Assembly: GCA_013239625.1 (NCBI GenBank)
Contig: MU054931.1
Coordinates: forward strand, 372,001-436,000
Direction: 5' to 3'
From: Lama guanicoe
Taxonomy: Eukaryota
Length of the DNA: 64,000 nt
Shown here in pieces: positions 48,701 to 61,615 of this stretch; position 1 is the stretch's first letter, and every line of letters begins with the position of its first letter. The notes under the pieces are model-generated. The model was not told where the DNA came from. It did no database searches and saw only the letters and a list, made by a program, of their open reading frames with translations. The translations under genes were made by a program, and so were the position numbers.

Positions 48701-51700
48701 TTCCTCCTTTGGCAGGTGGGGATCCCCAGGAGCCCTGGGGTCCCCCTATCAACAGTGTGCCCAGGGACATCTCTGCAGTGGGTAACCAGTTATCCTAACT
48801 ATTCTCCGGAACACTAACATCCTGAGTTCCTCTGACCCAAGAGCCCCTAGTTAGCTGTCCAGCAACAATTTGTGGCCCCAGGCAATTTCCCCTGAAGAGC
48901 CTCTTCCAGCAAACCCCCAGGCCATGGAATCAACCTTTCCCTCAATCCCTTGTCAAATAAATTACTCCTCCCCACCACCCCTGCCAAAGACAGTGATTTC
49001 ACTTCAAACTCTGCCCAACAAAGCAGCCCACAAAGCAACTCACTGCTCACAACCCTCTTAATCTCTACTCCCAGCTCTTATCCCCCAATATTTTTTCTTC
49101 CTTCTTAATATTTCAGAGGATGTTGTCCCAACTTCTCACATTTTAGTAAGATTCCTGGGCGAACAGTCTGATCTGTAAACCCTCAGGAAGCTGCCCTCTT
49201 AAGGACCAGTGCATCTGGGGCTAAGGTAGCCCTTGCCCCTGAGGCCAGAGAGATGAACGAAAGAGGCAGGATGTCTGTACTTGCTCTTGGCTCAAGAGTC
49301 CCAGGTCCCTGGGACTTGCTGTTGTTGGCTTGCTTTTGTTTTTGTGATTGAGGCTCTCTGAGCGAGTGGTGGGACGTCTCAGAAAGAGATCCTTCTGAGT
49401 CGTTTTGCTCAAACTTAGCTTTTGGGGATACATTTCTAAATTTTAGAATCTCTGAATCAAAAAATTTTACATGTGTAAGGATTCTTAGAAAATATTTGGT
49501 CCAACTCCTTCTTGCACAGGTGCAACTGAGATCCAACGGGTATGAACTGGTCTACTCAAGGTTATACTGACAGTTAACAGTGGAAAACACAAGTGTTGGC
49601 TAGGACATGGAACATTATAATTTTTAAAGTGCTGTCCAATCCCGTGAGGCTGATTTTTCCCTTGATGGGGGCTCTGGATGAATGTCTTCTAACTCGTGGA
49701 CCAGCCCCCTCTCTGCACTGATGCCTCTGCCTCCCCATGCTAGTCTTTAATGTTTGTGTAATATTTCCTCTTCTCAGACAGGGTTTCCCAGCTGTCTGTG
49801 ATGGACTTAATGTCTCTGTCACCTAGTAACTCAAGGACAAGGACATGGAAAGTACTTTGTAATCAGGAAAGCTCTATGTAAATGTTAGTCACTGAGAGAG
49901 CAGCCAAGACAGGGTATTTTCCAGGAAGATCCTGCAGGATAGTCAGAAAACTGCCCCACTGTTTTCCTCTCACTGTTTGCAGAGTTTATCCATGGTTTCT
50001 GGGAGAGGAGCTCTGCCTCCCTCTTGAACATTTCCTGAGTGCCTGGGTGGTTATTAAAACTTATTTGCAAGACAGCTTTTGTCCACATTGTGCTGCCTGA
50101 CTTCCCGCCTTGACATATCTCAGTGACTCCAAACTGTTCTGCTGCCCTGGGCTTCTCTGCCTCCCTGGGGCTCCCTGACATCTTGAAATCTCTGAGAGGC
50201 ATAGATGGATGGAGTAGTGTGGTTGAGGGTTTTGGAGACTTGGATGTAAGAGAGAGGAGAGCTGGGGCTGTGGGGCGGGGCAGAAGGGGAAGATTGGATT
50301 TTCTGACAGAGCTGGGATTTCGTTGGCATGAGTTTAGTTATGCTGAGAAAAGCTTGGGGTGGGCGTGTTTTTGAAAAGAGAATAAGGCTTCAGGGAAGAA
50401 CGATCAGGCTATCTCAGTTAAAGAGTCTTGATAGATAAAGAGTATTATCTTTGGAGCTAGAGGAAACTTTAGAGATCTTCTAAGTGGGCTTAAGAGAGGA
50501 CAGGTTAGGGTTGGGGAGCGAGAGTGGGGATGAGTGGGACTGAGATGGCAGGATGTGGGATTAGGTCCCAAGCTCCTGCAACTAATCATCTTTCCCATCT
50601 GCTGCTCTGCGGTGATCCCCTTCTGCCTGTCCTCCTGTAATTCTCTAATGACTCTGCTGCTCCGGCCCCACCCTGTACCGTAACTGCACGGGATGAGAAC
50701 CAAGGGTGGGAGGAGAGGGGGAGAGCTTTTGTGGAGAGAGCGTCTTAAGAGCTAGTGAATGAGACTGTGGAATGCTCTTTTCTCTTTTCTGCATCATCAG
50801 CATCAGTTTGGCAGCACTTTAGGCCTTGGGAATAGGAAGCAATCATTGGCTTTTAGAATTTTAAGATAAAAGAATATTCGAGTTGTAAGGGGCCTTCAAG
50901 ATTGCCTAATTAATACCCCTTGTTGAACAGATGAGGAAAATGAAACTCAGAGATGTTAAGTAACTTTCCGGGTTCACATAGCTATGTCGCAAAGGGGCTC
51001 CCAGTATTGGATAAACGAGGCAGAGTGTACCCTTGGGGGCAGGAGGAATGAGGACGATCATTCCCAGCAGTGTCCACTTTGAGGAGTTCCCACTCCCGTG
51101 TATCTCAGAGTAGAAGGGTAAGGTCTCCTGCAGGTGTGGGTGTCTCCTGGGATAACGCCTTACCTGTAAGCATTCTCTTGCCCTTTGCACCTGTGCACCC
51201 AGCATCTTCCAGGCACCCCATTCTCTATAAATAGGGTTTTACAAAGAAAGACTGACCTACAAGGATTATGCTCATCCTGAAAACAGGTAAAATAAAAGTA
51301 TCCATGTTGGATTCTGATCACTATGGTTACTTTTCACTCCAAAACGCGACGGTATACAATCTGGGTTTCCCAGAGACTTGCACAGAGTCTGGAGTAGGTT
51401 GTCTGTGGGATTAAAGAACTGGGAGCAACGGTGGAAACTGGGGGGAGCGGGGAAGGGCAGTGGAGAGAAGGCGGGTGTTGGCTCCGGGGTGCCCCTGTCC
51501 ACTCAGCAGCAGCCTGGGTGGCCGGGGGTGAGGAATGTGGCGCTGGCACCGGTGCTGGGCCGGCCGCAGCTGTGTGGGCCCTGGGCATTCCTTTCCCCAC
51601 GCTGCTCGGCTGGGTGGGGGAGGGAAGGAACTCGGACTGAGTCGGGTGAATGCTGCATATTCATCCAGGAGGGGGATGATAACACCTGCAGGAAAAGCCT

Positions 51701-54019
51701 CGGAAGGCTCCGCTTGGTTCTGCTCCGCCTGCTAACCCTTCGCCTCTGTACGACTTTTTTTCAGTAAATTCTACGCAGGTTTCTGCGTTGCTTTCCTCTT
51801 TAATTTTCCACCCAACTAAACCAGGACTCCTCATCCTCCATCTTACTTCTATTATCCAGTTTTAATTAACCCTACCCTTAATAATAACCTTTGTATGTGT
51901 TTTAATTCTAACCTTAATTGAATTCTAATTTCAACCCTAACCCTAATCTATTACAGACTCTAACGGCTAATCCCAAGACCAACCCCAATTTAATTGTTAA
52001 TTTTAAGCAGCATCTTAATTCTAACCTGTTATAAGCCGCCAACTCAGACAGCATCTTGGACATAATGAAAATGATCACAGGTACCATTTTTTGAGAATCT
52101 ATTGTATACTAGACTTTGCCCGGGTACTTTACACGTACAGTGTATCATTTACGTACCTGAAAGTGCCCAGATGTGGTTGGGGTTATTAGCTGCCTTACAA
52201 ATACAAGGAAATAAAAATTTCATGGAATTAAATACTTTGTAAATAGTGGATCCAAATCCATTGTTTGTGCTCATTTCTCTTTCTGCTAACAAAAGCTTTC
52301 TGATCGACCTTTCCCTAAAATCCTAACTAATTCTGACCAGAATAACTTCTAAAATACTGAGTTTCTTGAGAGTATATTATTAGTTAAAATTTTTTTCCAG
52401 TAAATAGTGGTACAAAATAGAAACAAACAAATCTACAACAACAACAACAAAAAGCTCCAGTCTTCCTGCCCAGAAACCCCGTTTCCACTTTAAAACATTA
52501 AGGTAATGTATTTATAAGGTTAAAATAAACTAGGGGAAGAAACAAAGTGAGAGGAAAAGCTTTCTCCTTCCCAGACGCACCATATTGCACCACTCCTGGT
52601 GGCATCGCTCCCACCGGAGCTTTGCGACATGGTGGCCCTTCCTCCCACAGCATATGTGTCAGGAAAGCAGCCAAAGTCAAAGTAAAACCAATGAAGTCAC
52701 CCTGTGCACGTGCGTGACTTAGGCATGAAGATTGTTAGACCATTTGAATTTACGATCTAACCAGAACTGTTAAAGGCTAACAGGGTGCCAGGTTCTACGC
52801 TAAGCTCTTTGCATTTGTTGTCCCTTTTCCTGTCCACCAGCTCTTTGTGCAGGATGCATTGCCCCTATTTTACAGATGAGGACAGCGAGGCCTGGAGAAG
52901 CCAAAGGATGGCACAAAATCACTGAGATGATGAATGAGAGACACGAGTTTCAAAGACAGATTTGTCTTACTGCACAGCCTACATTTTTAACCGCTAGAGG
53001 ATAAGCCGGGGAGGCTTGTTAGCGAAGAGGTCATTGGCGCTTTATTCTAGAGGAGAGAAGGGGAGTTGCTTGATATTAGAAAGGAGGATGACCTATGAGA
53101 CGGTAGATGGACTCAGATCGATATGGGAGGAGACAATACAAGGGGAAAAGGAGCAAGATGACTAGCAGACAGAGGGAAATGAGTTAAAAAAAAACAACAG
53201 TAAAAGTCCCCTCTTAGAGCATAAGAAGGGAATAGAACAAATACGAGCAGAGACCCGGGAAATTATTTTTGTGATAAGTTCAGGCAAAAATAAAATCATA
53301 TAATAAACATGTGTGCCACTAATGCTTCAGCTACAGGCTGATTGAGATATTTTGGTCAGACAGTAGACACACAGCATCATCTGCAAACGGAAATACACAT
53401 TTCACTTACCTGGGTATCTGTAGCCTCTCCAGTGAAATATGCCTGCATCCCTCCCCTTGCATTCCGTGCTCCAGCGGTATCGAATGGCTTGCAATTTCCC
53501 AGACACACTATGCTGTTTCATGCCTCGGTGTCTTTGCACATACTATTTTCTGTACCTGGATTGCCCATCTTATTAAGCCTGATGAAACTTGTGCTTGTGT
53601 TTATTCATCCAAACTTTGATTAGGTGTCCTTGCCTCTGGGAAGCCTCCTACACAGAGATGATCACTCCTTGTTAGGTGCTACCACTGAATTGAACATATA
53701 CCTCCACTCTTGTGCTTCTATCACTGTGTTGCAATGGTTTGTCTATGTGTTTTTCTTTTCTTTCTTTTTTTTTTTAAGTATGTTTTTTTCTTTTCTGAGA
53801 GCCCTTTGAGGGCAGAAATGATAATTGTGAATTTTGTTATTCCCAGTATTTAACATAGAAACAGAAAAATAGTAGATACTCAGTTAATTCTGCTGAATTA
53901 GGCTGAGATGGTATGTTTATAAACACATAGACTTGATGAACCATTTTTTTCTTAAGCGCGTACATGTGCATCACCTCATTTCATTGGTACACTCCCGGTA
54001 GGCATATATGTTCATGTAG

Positions 54020-54440
54020 ATACAGTGTGCCCCAAATAAGGTGAATGAGTCTAATGCACACATACATATTTTCATCCACTTATTCAAGATACATTTTGTA
54101 ATTCTTGGAATTGACTTTAGAGCCTGCCACATCCATTTGCGTATCTTCAATTGTGGAAAATTTTCATCCTTTGAAGTTGGTTTTTAATTTTGAAAATAGC
54201 CAAAGGTCTTTGAGATCCAAGCCTTACGGACAAGTGGCAGTTCATGTCAGGTAACACAAAAACAAGATTTGGCTGGAGAGTAATAGTAATGGGAAATAAT
54301 GGCTTATAGGTTGACTAATACATTGGTTCTTAAGGCAGTTCCTGAAAAGGAGTTGTAGAAAATTTTTTGAGCTGTGGCATTCTAATCTATTTGTTAGTAC
54401 AAACAAAATCAAACAAGTGATGTCATTTTACAGTCACAGT
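54020..54440. mobile_element. Degenerate mariner-like element (MARNA-like)
   Basis: tttcatcctttgaagttggtttttaattttgaaaatagccaaag... resembles MARNA; boundaries approximate. Confidence 0.45.
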
Positions 54441-55544
54441 TGGTGAACGTACATGCTTGAGCATAAGTACACAAAAAAATCGTATGTCCAGAGTAGAACT
54501 CCCTGATCATTCTTTCATTCATTCATTTATAGTGTATTGGGTTTTTATGTGCAGTGCACAATGCTAGTTGAAACTGGATATTTTGACCCGGCTGTTTCAT
54601 TGCAGTCTATAAAAAAAAATCTATAAACCCAGGTTTTTTTTTATAATTACAGAGCAAAATGGTCAGTGGATGCTCTTACCCCATCCCCAATTCCTGCCCC
54701 ATTTTCAAGCCTCATTTTATCTGCAAGGAATAGTACAAGGGTCAGGGATAGGGTACTATTCAGGGATGCAAAGTTCTTGATGATGAAGACCAAGCTGACA
54801 CTAATGGCTTAATTCTTAGAACCATAAAATAGGAGTGAATGTTAAAAGATACTATAACAAAACGTCAGTGTTTAGTGCTGGGCTCTGGAGAATACAAAGT
54901 TGAGTAAGTCATGAAACGTACCTTCAAGAAACTCATAGTCCAGTAGGGAAGACAAGTGAACACATAGTTACTACACCATAGTTCACAACATGGAAATGCT
55001 ACAGTACAATTCTATATAAGGCACCACAGAATCAGAGAAGAGGCAGGGGTTAAATTTATGGAAAACCTAAAGAAATGACCAGGAGTTGGCCAGGTGTCAA
55101 AAGGATGAAAGGCATTCCAAAAAAGAATGGCGTATGCAAAAGCAGGAAAGGAGGAAACAGTATAGTCAGTTGTGGCTGCCCTGGGAAGGGAATCAGTGCT
55201 CAAGATTGCTCTTCATTCTGCAGACAAGGAGTCATTGAAGGGTTTTAAGCAGGGAAATGTCAGTGTCAGATTTGCATTTTAGAGCGATAACTCTGGCAGT
55301 GGTGGATGGATGGACTGGAGGATACACATCATTTAATTCAGAATCCTGACCCTTCTGGGGACCACAAATCCAGTACCATGACATTGACTAGAACCCACCG
55401 AGTGTGGTCTTGTCCGATCCTATGAGTAGGTTGCAGATGAGCCCCAGGATACATCAGTAGCTAGTGTGGACAGTGCTGTGGAGCGCGCAGACCCAAGCAG
55501 TGGTGCACAGCAACGCGACGTTGTGTAGAGTGAGGAGTTAGGTA

Positions 55545-55650
55545 CCATGACCAGCTGTGCGGCTTGCCAGGGACTGGGGCACTTTCCAGGACTTCCAGTG
55601 CTGAAATTGGAAAAGCCCCAGACAAGCAGGGACGGCTGCTCTCCTTAGGC
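55545..55650. mobile_element. MER81-like hAT-Blackjack MITE
   Basis: tgaccagctgtgcggcttgccagggactg...ggacttccagtgctgaaattggaaaagccccagacaagcagggacgg. Confidence 0.5.
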
Positions 55651-56037
55651 AGTTCCTGGCAGGAACAGCCTGCCTTCAGTAGCACTTGTTACTCAGACCA
55701 TCTCCCTGCCTAGCCGCGGGGGGTCATCTCCAGGGCAGAGCGGAGGGTGAGGAGAACCGAGTGTGGTCTTTTCTGTTTGGGGGAGGGTAGAGATGGGAAG
55801 GATAGGGATGGCGATGAGTCAGAATAGCTGGGAGGAGGAACAGGGGAAAGGAGCAAGGCTAAGTAAGAGGCAGAGGGTGGAGGTTGGTTTTTGGTCCAGG
55901 ATCTCACCCCCATTCTCTGAGCTCTTGGGCTCTCTGCTGGTGGTAAGGAACACTGCAGACTCAAAACAAAGAAAGCATTGCAAAGAGAGAATTGAATGTA
56001 TATATTTAGCTTTCCATTCATGCAAGGGGTTCATACA

Positions 56038-56250
56038 CAGTTGACCCTTGAACAACACGGGTTTGAACTGCACGGGTCTATGTATATGTGGATTTTTTTC
56101 AATAAATGTACGGTCATCTTCTCTGTGTTTGAGGAGGTAGAACCCTCTGATATGGAGGGCCAACTGTAAGGGACTTGAGCATCTGCGGATTTTGGTTTCC
56201 TGGGGGTGGAGGCCTGGAACCAATCGCCCATGGATACTGAGGGACAGTTA
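56038..56250 (-). mobile_element. Tigger-family non-autonomous DNA transposon (MER8-like)
   Basis: End CAGTTGACCCTTGAACAACACGGGTTTGAACTGC; opposite end ...GGAACCAATCGCCCATGGATACTGAGGGACAG. Confidence 0.75.
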
Positions 56251-56279
56251 TGTATATTTGTTCCTCCCTCATTCGCGGA

Positions 56280-56480
56280 GGGCCTGCTGTGTTCCTGGCA
56301 CTTTGCATATGCTGTTATCGTTCACTCCTCACCCATGGCCCTGTGTCTTGTGGGTATTGTTATTCCCATTTTACAGATGAGCTAAATGAGGCTCAGGAAA
56401 TGTGGTCATTTCCTACAAGTCATGCATGAACTGGTGGACCTGAAATGTTAATTTAGGTGTGTCTCCAAAGTCCCTGCTCT
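56280..56480 (-). mobile_element. MIR SINE relic
   Basis: Core attcccattttacagatgagctaaatgaggctcag. Other MIR cores at about 1840-1950, 29590-29760, 30790-30965, 37620-37780, 50860-51010, 52790-52995 and 61265-61460. Confidence 0.65.
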
Positions 56481-57081
56481 TCCAGAAAGCCAGTATATCT
56501 ATCTGTGCCCATCAGGGTTACGTGGGGGCACTGGTTACATATAACTCAGATACCCAGGAGATTCTGGTTCTGTAGGGTAGCAGGTGCTCCCAGGTGATGC
56601 CTAGGTCCTGACAGTCCTGAGAAACAACACACCTCACCTTGTGTCTCCTCACAAAGCACTCACTGACTCCTGAGAGAACCGTGTGTGTAAACAGTCTATT
56701 AGAACACAGTTATGTTAGGTTTTAAAACAAAAACCAAAAAAATCACTGAGTCTTTCGGCAAATAATATCCTTGGCTCTCCTCTCTGGTGATGGTTAGCCT
56801 TGTTTATAAAACCCTATGCAGCCTGGCCCTTGCGTATCTCTCTGGCCTCATGTTACCTCTTGGCCACACCGCCCCTCCTTTTGCATCTCAGACACACCAA
56901 GCTCAGGCCCACCCGAATCCTTTGCACTGGCTGGTCCTCCTGATCCGGAACCTTCCCTCTGTTCTGTGTGAAGCTGCTCTTGCCAGCACTTCCCAGCTTA
57001 AATGCCACCTCTTTAGAGAGGCCTTCCCATTCCGTGTAATCACTTAGCACTTTCTGCTCTTTTCTCAATAATTTCTCTTTT

Positions 57082-57218
57082 TCTTTCTTTTTTTTCTTAA
57101 ATTGAAGTATAGTCAGTTTACAATGTTGTGTCAATTTCTGGTGTGCAGCACAATAGTTCAGTCATACGTACACATACATACGTTCGTTTTCATTTTCTTT
57201 TTCATTATAGGTTACTAG
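57082..57218 (-). mobile_element. Short L1 3' fragment with TSD, nested in an L2 relic
   Basis: Same L1 3' end in reverse orientation; tttctctttt at 57072-57081 and 57219-57228. Confidence 0.8.
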
Positions 57219-59329
57219 TTTCTCTTTTATTTACTTGTTGTCTGTATGCCTTCTCACAGTTGACGTAGGCATCATGAGCGAAGAAACCTCGTCAATGTTT
57301 CTGTCAAATCGTGGCCGGAAACCGAAATGCTATTGCCCACAACAATGCTTGGCACATAATAGGTGCTTATTAAATGCTGTTTGAATTGATGCATGAAAGA
57401 ACTCTCTCACTCCTCACGTTTGAAGAAGAGTGTCCACAGTCTTTGATTTCACACATTGATTTCACAATCAGGAACCTCCCACCACCATTTAAGATTTTTC
57501 CCTCTGGTTCATGAATGAAGACATGTCTTTCTCGCTTTTGTAGAATGTCCCTCTAGAGGCTTTAACACTGCTATTAAATTGCCCCTCAGCCTCCTGTGTA
57601 CCAGGTGAAGTGTCCTAATGCTTAACCTTCTGCCAGTTCTTTTATTATTTCAGAACCTCTTCTCCCTCTTAGGTAGGTGGGTTCAGAACAGGCCCTGGTA
57701 GGTGAGTAAGGCCACAGCTAATGGTTATTAGTTGAACATGAGCTACATTACTCCCTTGTATATTTTTCTGCTATCCTTGAGTTTTAAGCTCATCTTTCAC
57801 TAACTCATGATCACGTGTGGTCCATTTTGGTCCTAAGACCTTTTTAGGCCCCCAAATTCCAGAACTTGCAGCCACTCAAGAAATGTGCCCTTGCCCGGTG
57901 CCACCTGATGAGATTCGCCCCTAGAGATTCCAATCCCAGGGCTTCCTTGTGGGCGAGTGTCCCCACTACTTCCCGCATACCTGTCGGTCCTGTGGCTAAG
58001 CCAGACACGGAGGCGGATACGTGTAGGGTATCCTCACTACGTTCCCGTGAAGCCCTGGCTTGTGAATGAAGGATGAGGCCAGGAATGGCTGTGCATTCTT
58101 CTCTAAGAAAGTTAAGCAGGCTCTGGGTCCAGCTGCAAGGAGCCCTTCCTGATTCCTGGTAGAGGCTGTGCAGGACAGCGAGAGAGCACGGCTTCTGAGG
58201 TTGGACTCTCCTGGGCTTGAACACCAGCTGTGCCACCTCCTTTGTCTGCGATCAGTCTTTTCACCTGTTTCACATTACTCGGGGTTATTGTCTCTCTCGT
58301 AGGCTCGTTGTGAAGACTAAATGAGGACATTTATGTAAAACTCCTAGCTAAGAACTCAGTACAAGTTAGTGACCCCTCTCTGTGCTCTCTTCACTTTAGA
58401 GCAGATGTGTCAGAGGCGTTTCTCTCTTCCACCTGGGTGTACGTAGAAGCTTGCTCTGTGCCCAAGCGCTGCTTGGATCTAGATTTTCCGTTGCAGCAGC
58501 TCATTCACGCGTACCCAGAGCACTTCTGTTTCGCCTGCTCTCTGCTGCCCTCGTGTGGCCACCCTGACCCCTCGCCATTCCTGATCCTCTGCTCCCTCGC
58601 CGTGGTCGCTTTGCTGTAATGCAGCCTCTTCCCAGCGTCTTAGCTGAATCAGCCCAACTGCTCTGACTTTCGATCGTGTGCATAAAGCACTTTTTAGTTT
58701 AACTCCAGTCTTTTCTTCTCAGGTAGTATTATCTCGGTTCTTCTAACCTTTCCTCAGTTCCATTTTAAATATTCAACTCATCTGTCGGAGATTCTGTAAG
58801 AAATGGATCCTGCATGTTGAGAGTTTTGCTGCCAGTAAGACCGCTTCAGGCTTCAAATCCTGTTATCCGTTGCCCTGTTCAACACCATGTTCTCTGGCCT
58901 ATGAATGCTGAAAGAGCGATAAGTTGTCACAGGTTATTTAATTATGGAGGCCCCCTCTCTTTGCCCCCAGTGTCAGAGCTCTTTAAGTTAATAAGGGGAA
59001 ATACACCTATTCTTGCCTTGCCAAAGGGTCATGGTGGACCTTGGATGGAGCCAGAATGCTAGTGCTTCAGAGTGAAGCTGTGTGGACAAAGGATGTACCT
59101 GCTTTCTCCCTCTCCTAATTGCAAAGCATGTCTAGCAAAGTTCATGAAGGATGGTTAAGGATACAGTAAACACACCAGTTTGAAAAACTTTGTGGATGAG
59201 AATAAAGGGAAATAAAAACCAAGTTTGAGAGGCTAGGATGTGAAAACCAGCCACTGAAGAGTTTTATCTTTATCCCAACATCAGTGGGAAAATTTTGTCC
59301 AGGATGTTCTGTGACTGGATGGGCAGTCA

Positions 59330-60683
59330 GAGATTAATCCTCAGATTCAGATGGTAAAGATGTTAACTCCTTCTCCCTCTTAATCTGTAAATTCAGTGAA
59401 ATCCCATGATAAGCCCCAATATTTTATTTTATGGAACTTGATCCGTCAATTCAAACTATCCCTTGGAAAATAAAGTCAAGAATAGCCATGACTTGTTAAA
59501 AACCTATGGAGTTGGTTGAGGAGAGGTTGATATTCCAGCTATCCTAAGTTACTTTAAAATTGTAGCAGTGAAAACACTGAAGTATTGACATGGGAATATG
59601 CAGTAGTTCCATGGAATTAAAGTATGTGTAGTTGTCACAAACCAATGTGGGTTTAGTGTATGAAGAATCCTACACCACATCATACACTGTACTTCTCACC
59701 AGTACCCAAGGGCGGGACTACTTAGTGAGCGGTATTAGAATGATTGATATGTATCTATGTGCCAGTTGAGGTGGGGTAGGTTGAGCCCTCCTCATATCAT
59801 ACAAAAATCAATTTCAGATGCACAGAAGTGCTAAGTTTTATAAACAAAACCAAACTGAAAGAAATTATTAAAAACTATAGAAGATATGTTTAATCTCAGA
59901 GTGAGAAACAGCTTCTTTGACAAGACGCAAAACCCAGAATCCATAAAGGAAAGATAAGTTTTACTGCATGATTTTTTTTTTGTTACCACGTGGATTTTTA
60001 AATGTTGATATTGTAGACACAGAGATAAAATTTAAAAATAAGTTACAGATGGGGATAATTTTATTTACAACATAGCTAACAAAATATTAAATTGATAATG
60101 TCTGGAATATCCAATAAATACACATAAAAAGACAAAACAATTCAGTAGAAAATTGGACAAAGGGTATGAGTAGGAAGTTTTAGAAAAAGTACAATTGTTC
60201 AGTAAACATCTAAAAGACCATCTACTGCATTTGAATTTTGAGAAATACAAGTTAAAGCAACAAAGAGATCCTCATTTGTTAAACATTAAAATGATGGATA
60301 ATATCCAATGTTGGCAAGCGTTTGGGGAAACAGGTACCTTCATTCATTGTTAGTGAGATTGTAAATTGGTGTAGCATTTTTGGAGTTGCTTTGGCAGAAG
60401 GTATCAGAATTAAAAATGAAAATACCAACAATGCTGTTTCCACCAGGCTGCTACAGATCATTCACATGAGTGCCGTGGTTTATGCACATAGATGTGAATC
60501 ATTGTTCACAGCAGTGAAAAATGGAAAGCAACCTGAACATCCATCAACAGTGAATCAGTCAAAGAAATTACGTTATATTTATGCTTCAGAATAACATATA
60601 ACAGTTGAAAAGAATGAGGTAAAGTTATATGCACCTATTTTTTTACATACATATAAAAAAAATAACCAGGATGTATTGTTAAG
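59330..60683 (+). mobile_element. Ancient degenerate L1 (L1M-type ORF2 3' region)
   Basis: A-rich with L1 signatures (gtaaattggtgtagcatttttgg, aatggaaagcaacctgaacatccatcaacagtgaat); boundaries approximate. Confidence 0.7.
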
Positions 60684-60692
60684 AGCAAATAC

Positions 60693-61141
60693 CTGGACCT
60701 AGAGATCGTCATTCGAAGTGAAGCAAACCAGAGAGAGAAAGAAAAATACCATATGATATCACTCATATGTGGAATCTAAAAAAAAAAAAAAAAAAAAAAA
60801 AAAGAAAAAAAGAAAAAAACTATGAACTCATCTACAAAACAGAAACAGACTCCCAGACTTAGTAAACAATATTATGGTTACTGGGGAAAAGGGGTGGGAA
60901 GGGATAAATTTGGGAGTTTGAGATTTACACAGGTTAGCCACTATGTATAAAAATAGATTTTAAAGAAGTTCTTTCTGTATAGCACAGGGAACTATGTTCA
61001 ATATCTTGAAATAACCTTTAATGAAAAAGAATATGAAAACGACTATATGTATGTATAGGCATGACTGGGACATTGTGCTGTCCGCCAGAAATTGACACAT
61101 TGTGACTGACTGTACTTCAGTTTAAAAAAATGAAGAAAAAA
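60693..61141 (+). mobile_element. Younger L1 3' end nested in an older L1
   Basis: L1 3' sequence with TSD agcaaatac at 60684-60692 and 61142-61150. Confidence 0.85.
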
Positions 61142-61474
61142 AGCAAATACAAAGAAAATACACATACTCTTATCCCTTTTGTGTAGAATAAGAAAAAAAA
61201 GCCTAAAACGATATATTTGCATATGTGACATTTCACGTAGGTGAAAATGGGTGTTTAAGTAAACGAGTAGCTACGTAGTGGCCGTGCGACCTCGGGCAGG
61301 ATGCTTCACCTCCCTATACTATATACTCCTTGAATGGAAAAGAGGGGTAATAATAGTACATACGCTTTAGGGCTGTATGATGTGAGATAAATAATGGATC
61401 TATTTCAAGAGCTTTGGATGGTGCCGGGCACACAGTAGGCACTGGATGCATGCTTCTCTTATTCAGACTATGTT

Positions 61475-61615
61475 GGGGGAGGGTATAGCTCAGTGGTGGA
61501 TCGGGTGCCTAGCATGCACGAGGTCCTGGGTTCAATCCCCGGTGCCTCCATTAAATAAATAAACCTAATTACCTACCTACCCCCCTCAAAAAAAAAAAAC
61601 ACCAACAAACAAAAA
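61475..61615 (+). mobile_element. tRNA-derived SINE, Vic-1-like
   Basis: GGGGGAGGGTATAGCTCAGTGG...GGGTTCAATCCCC...ATTAAATAAATAAACCTAATTACC followed by a poly(A) tail. Confidence 0.88.

Noticed and set aside
46510-48817. Long ORFs around the CADM3 promoter
   Set aside because: They span N-gaps and CpG-island sequence; only 48093-48174 is coding.
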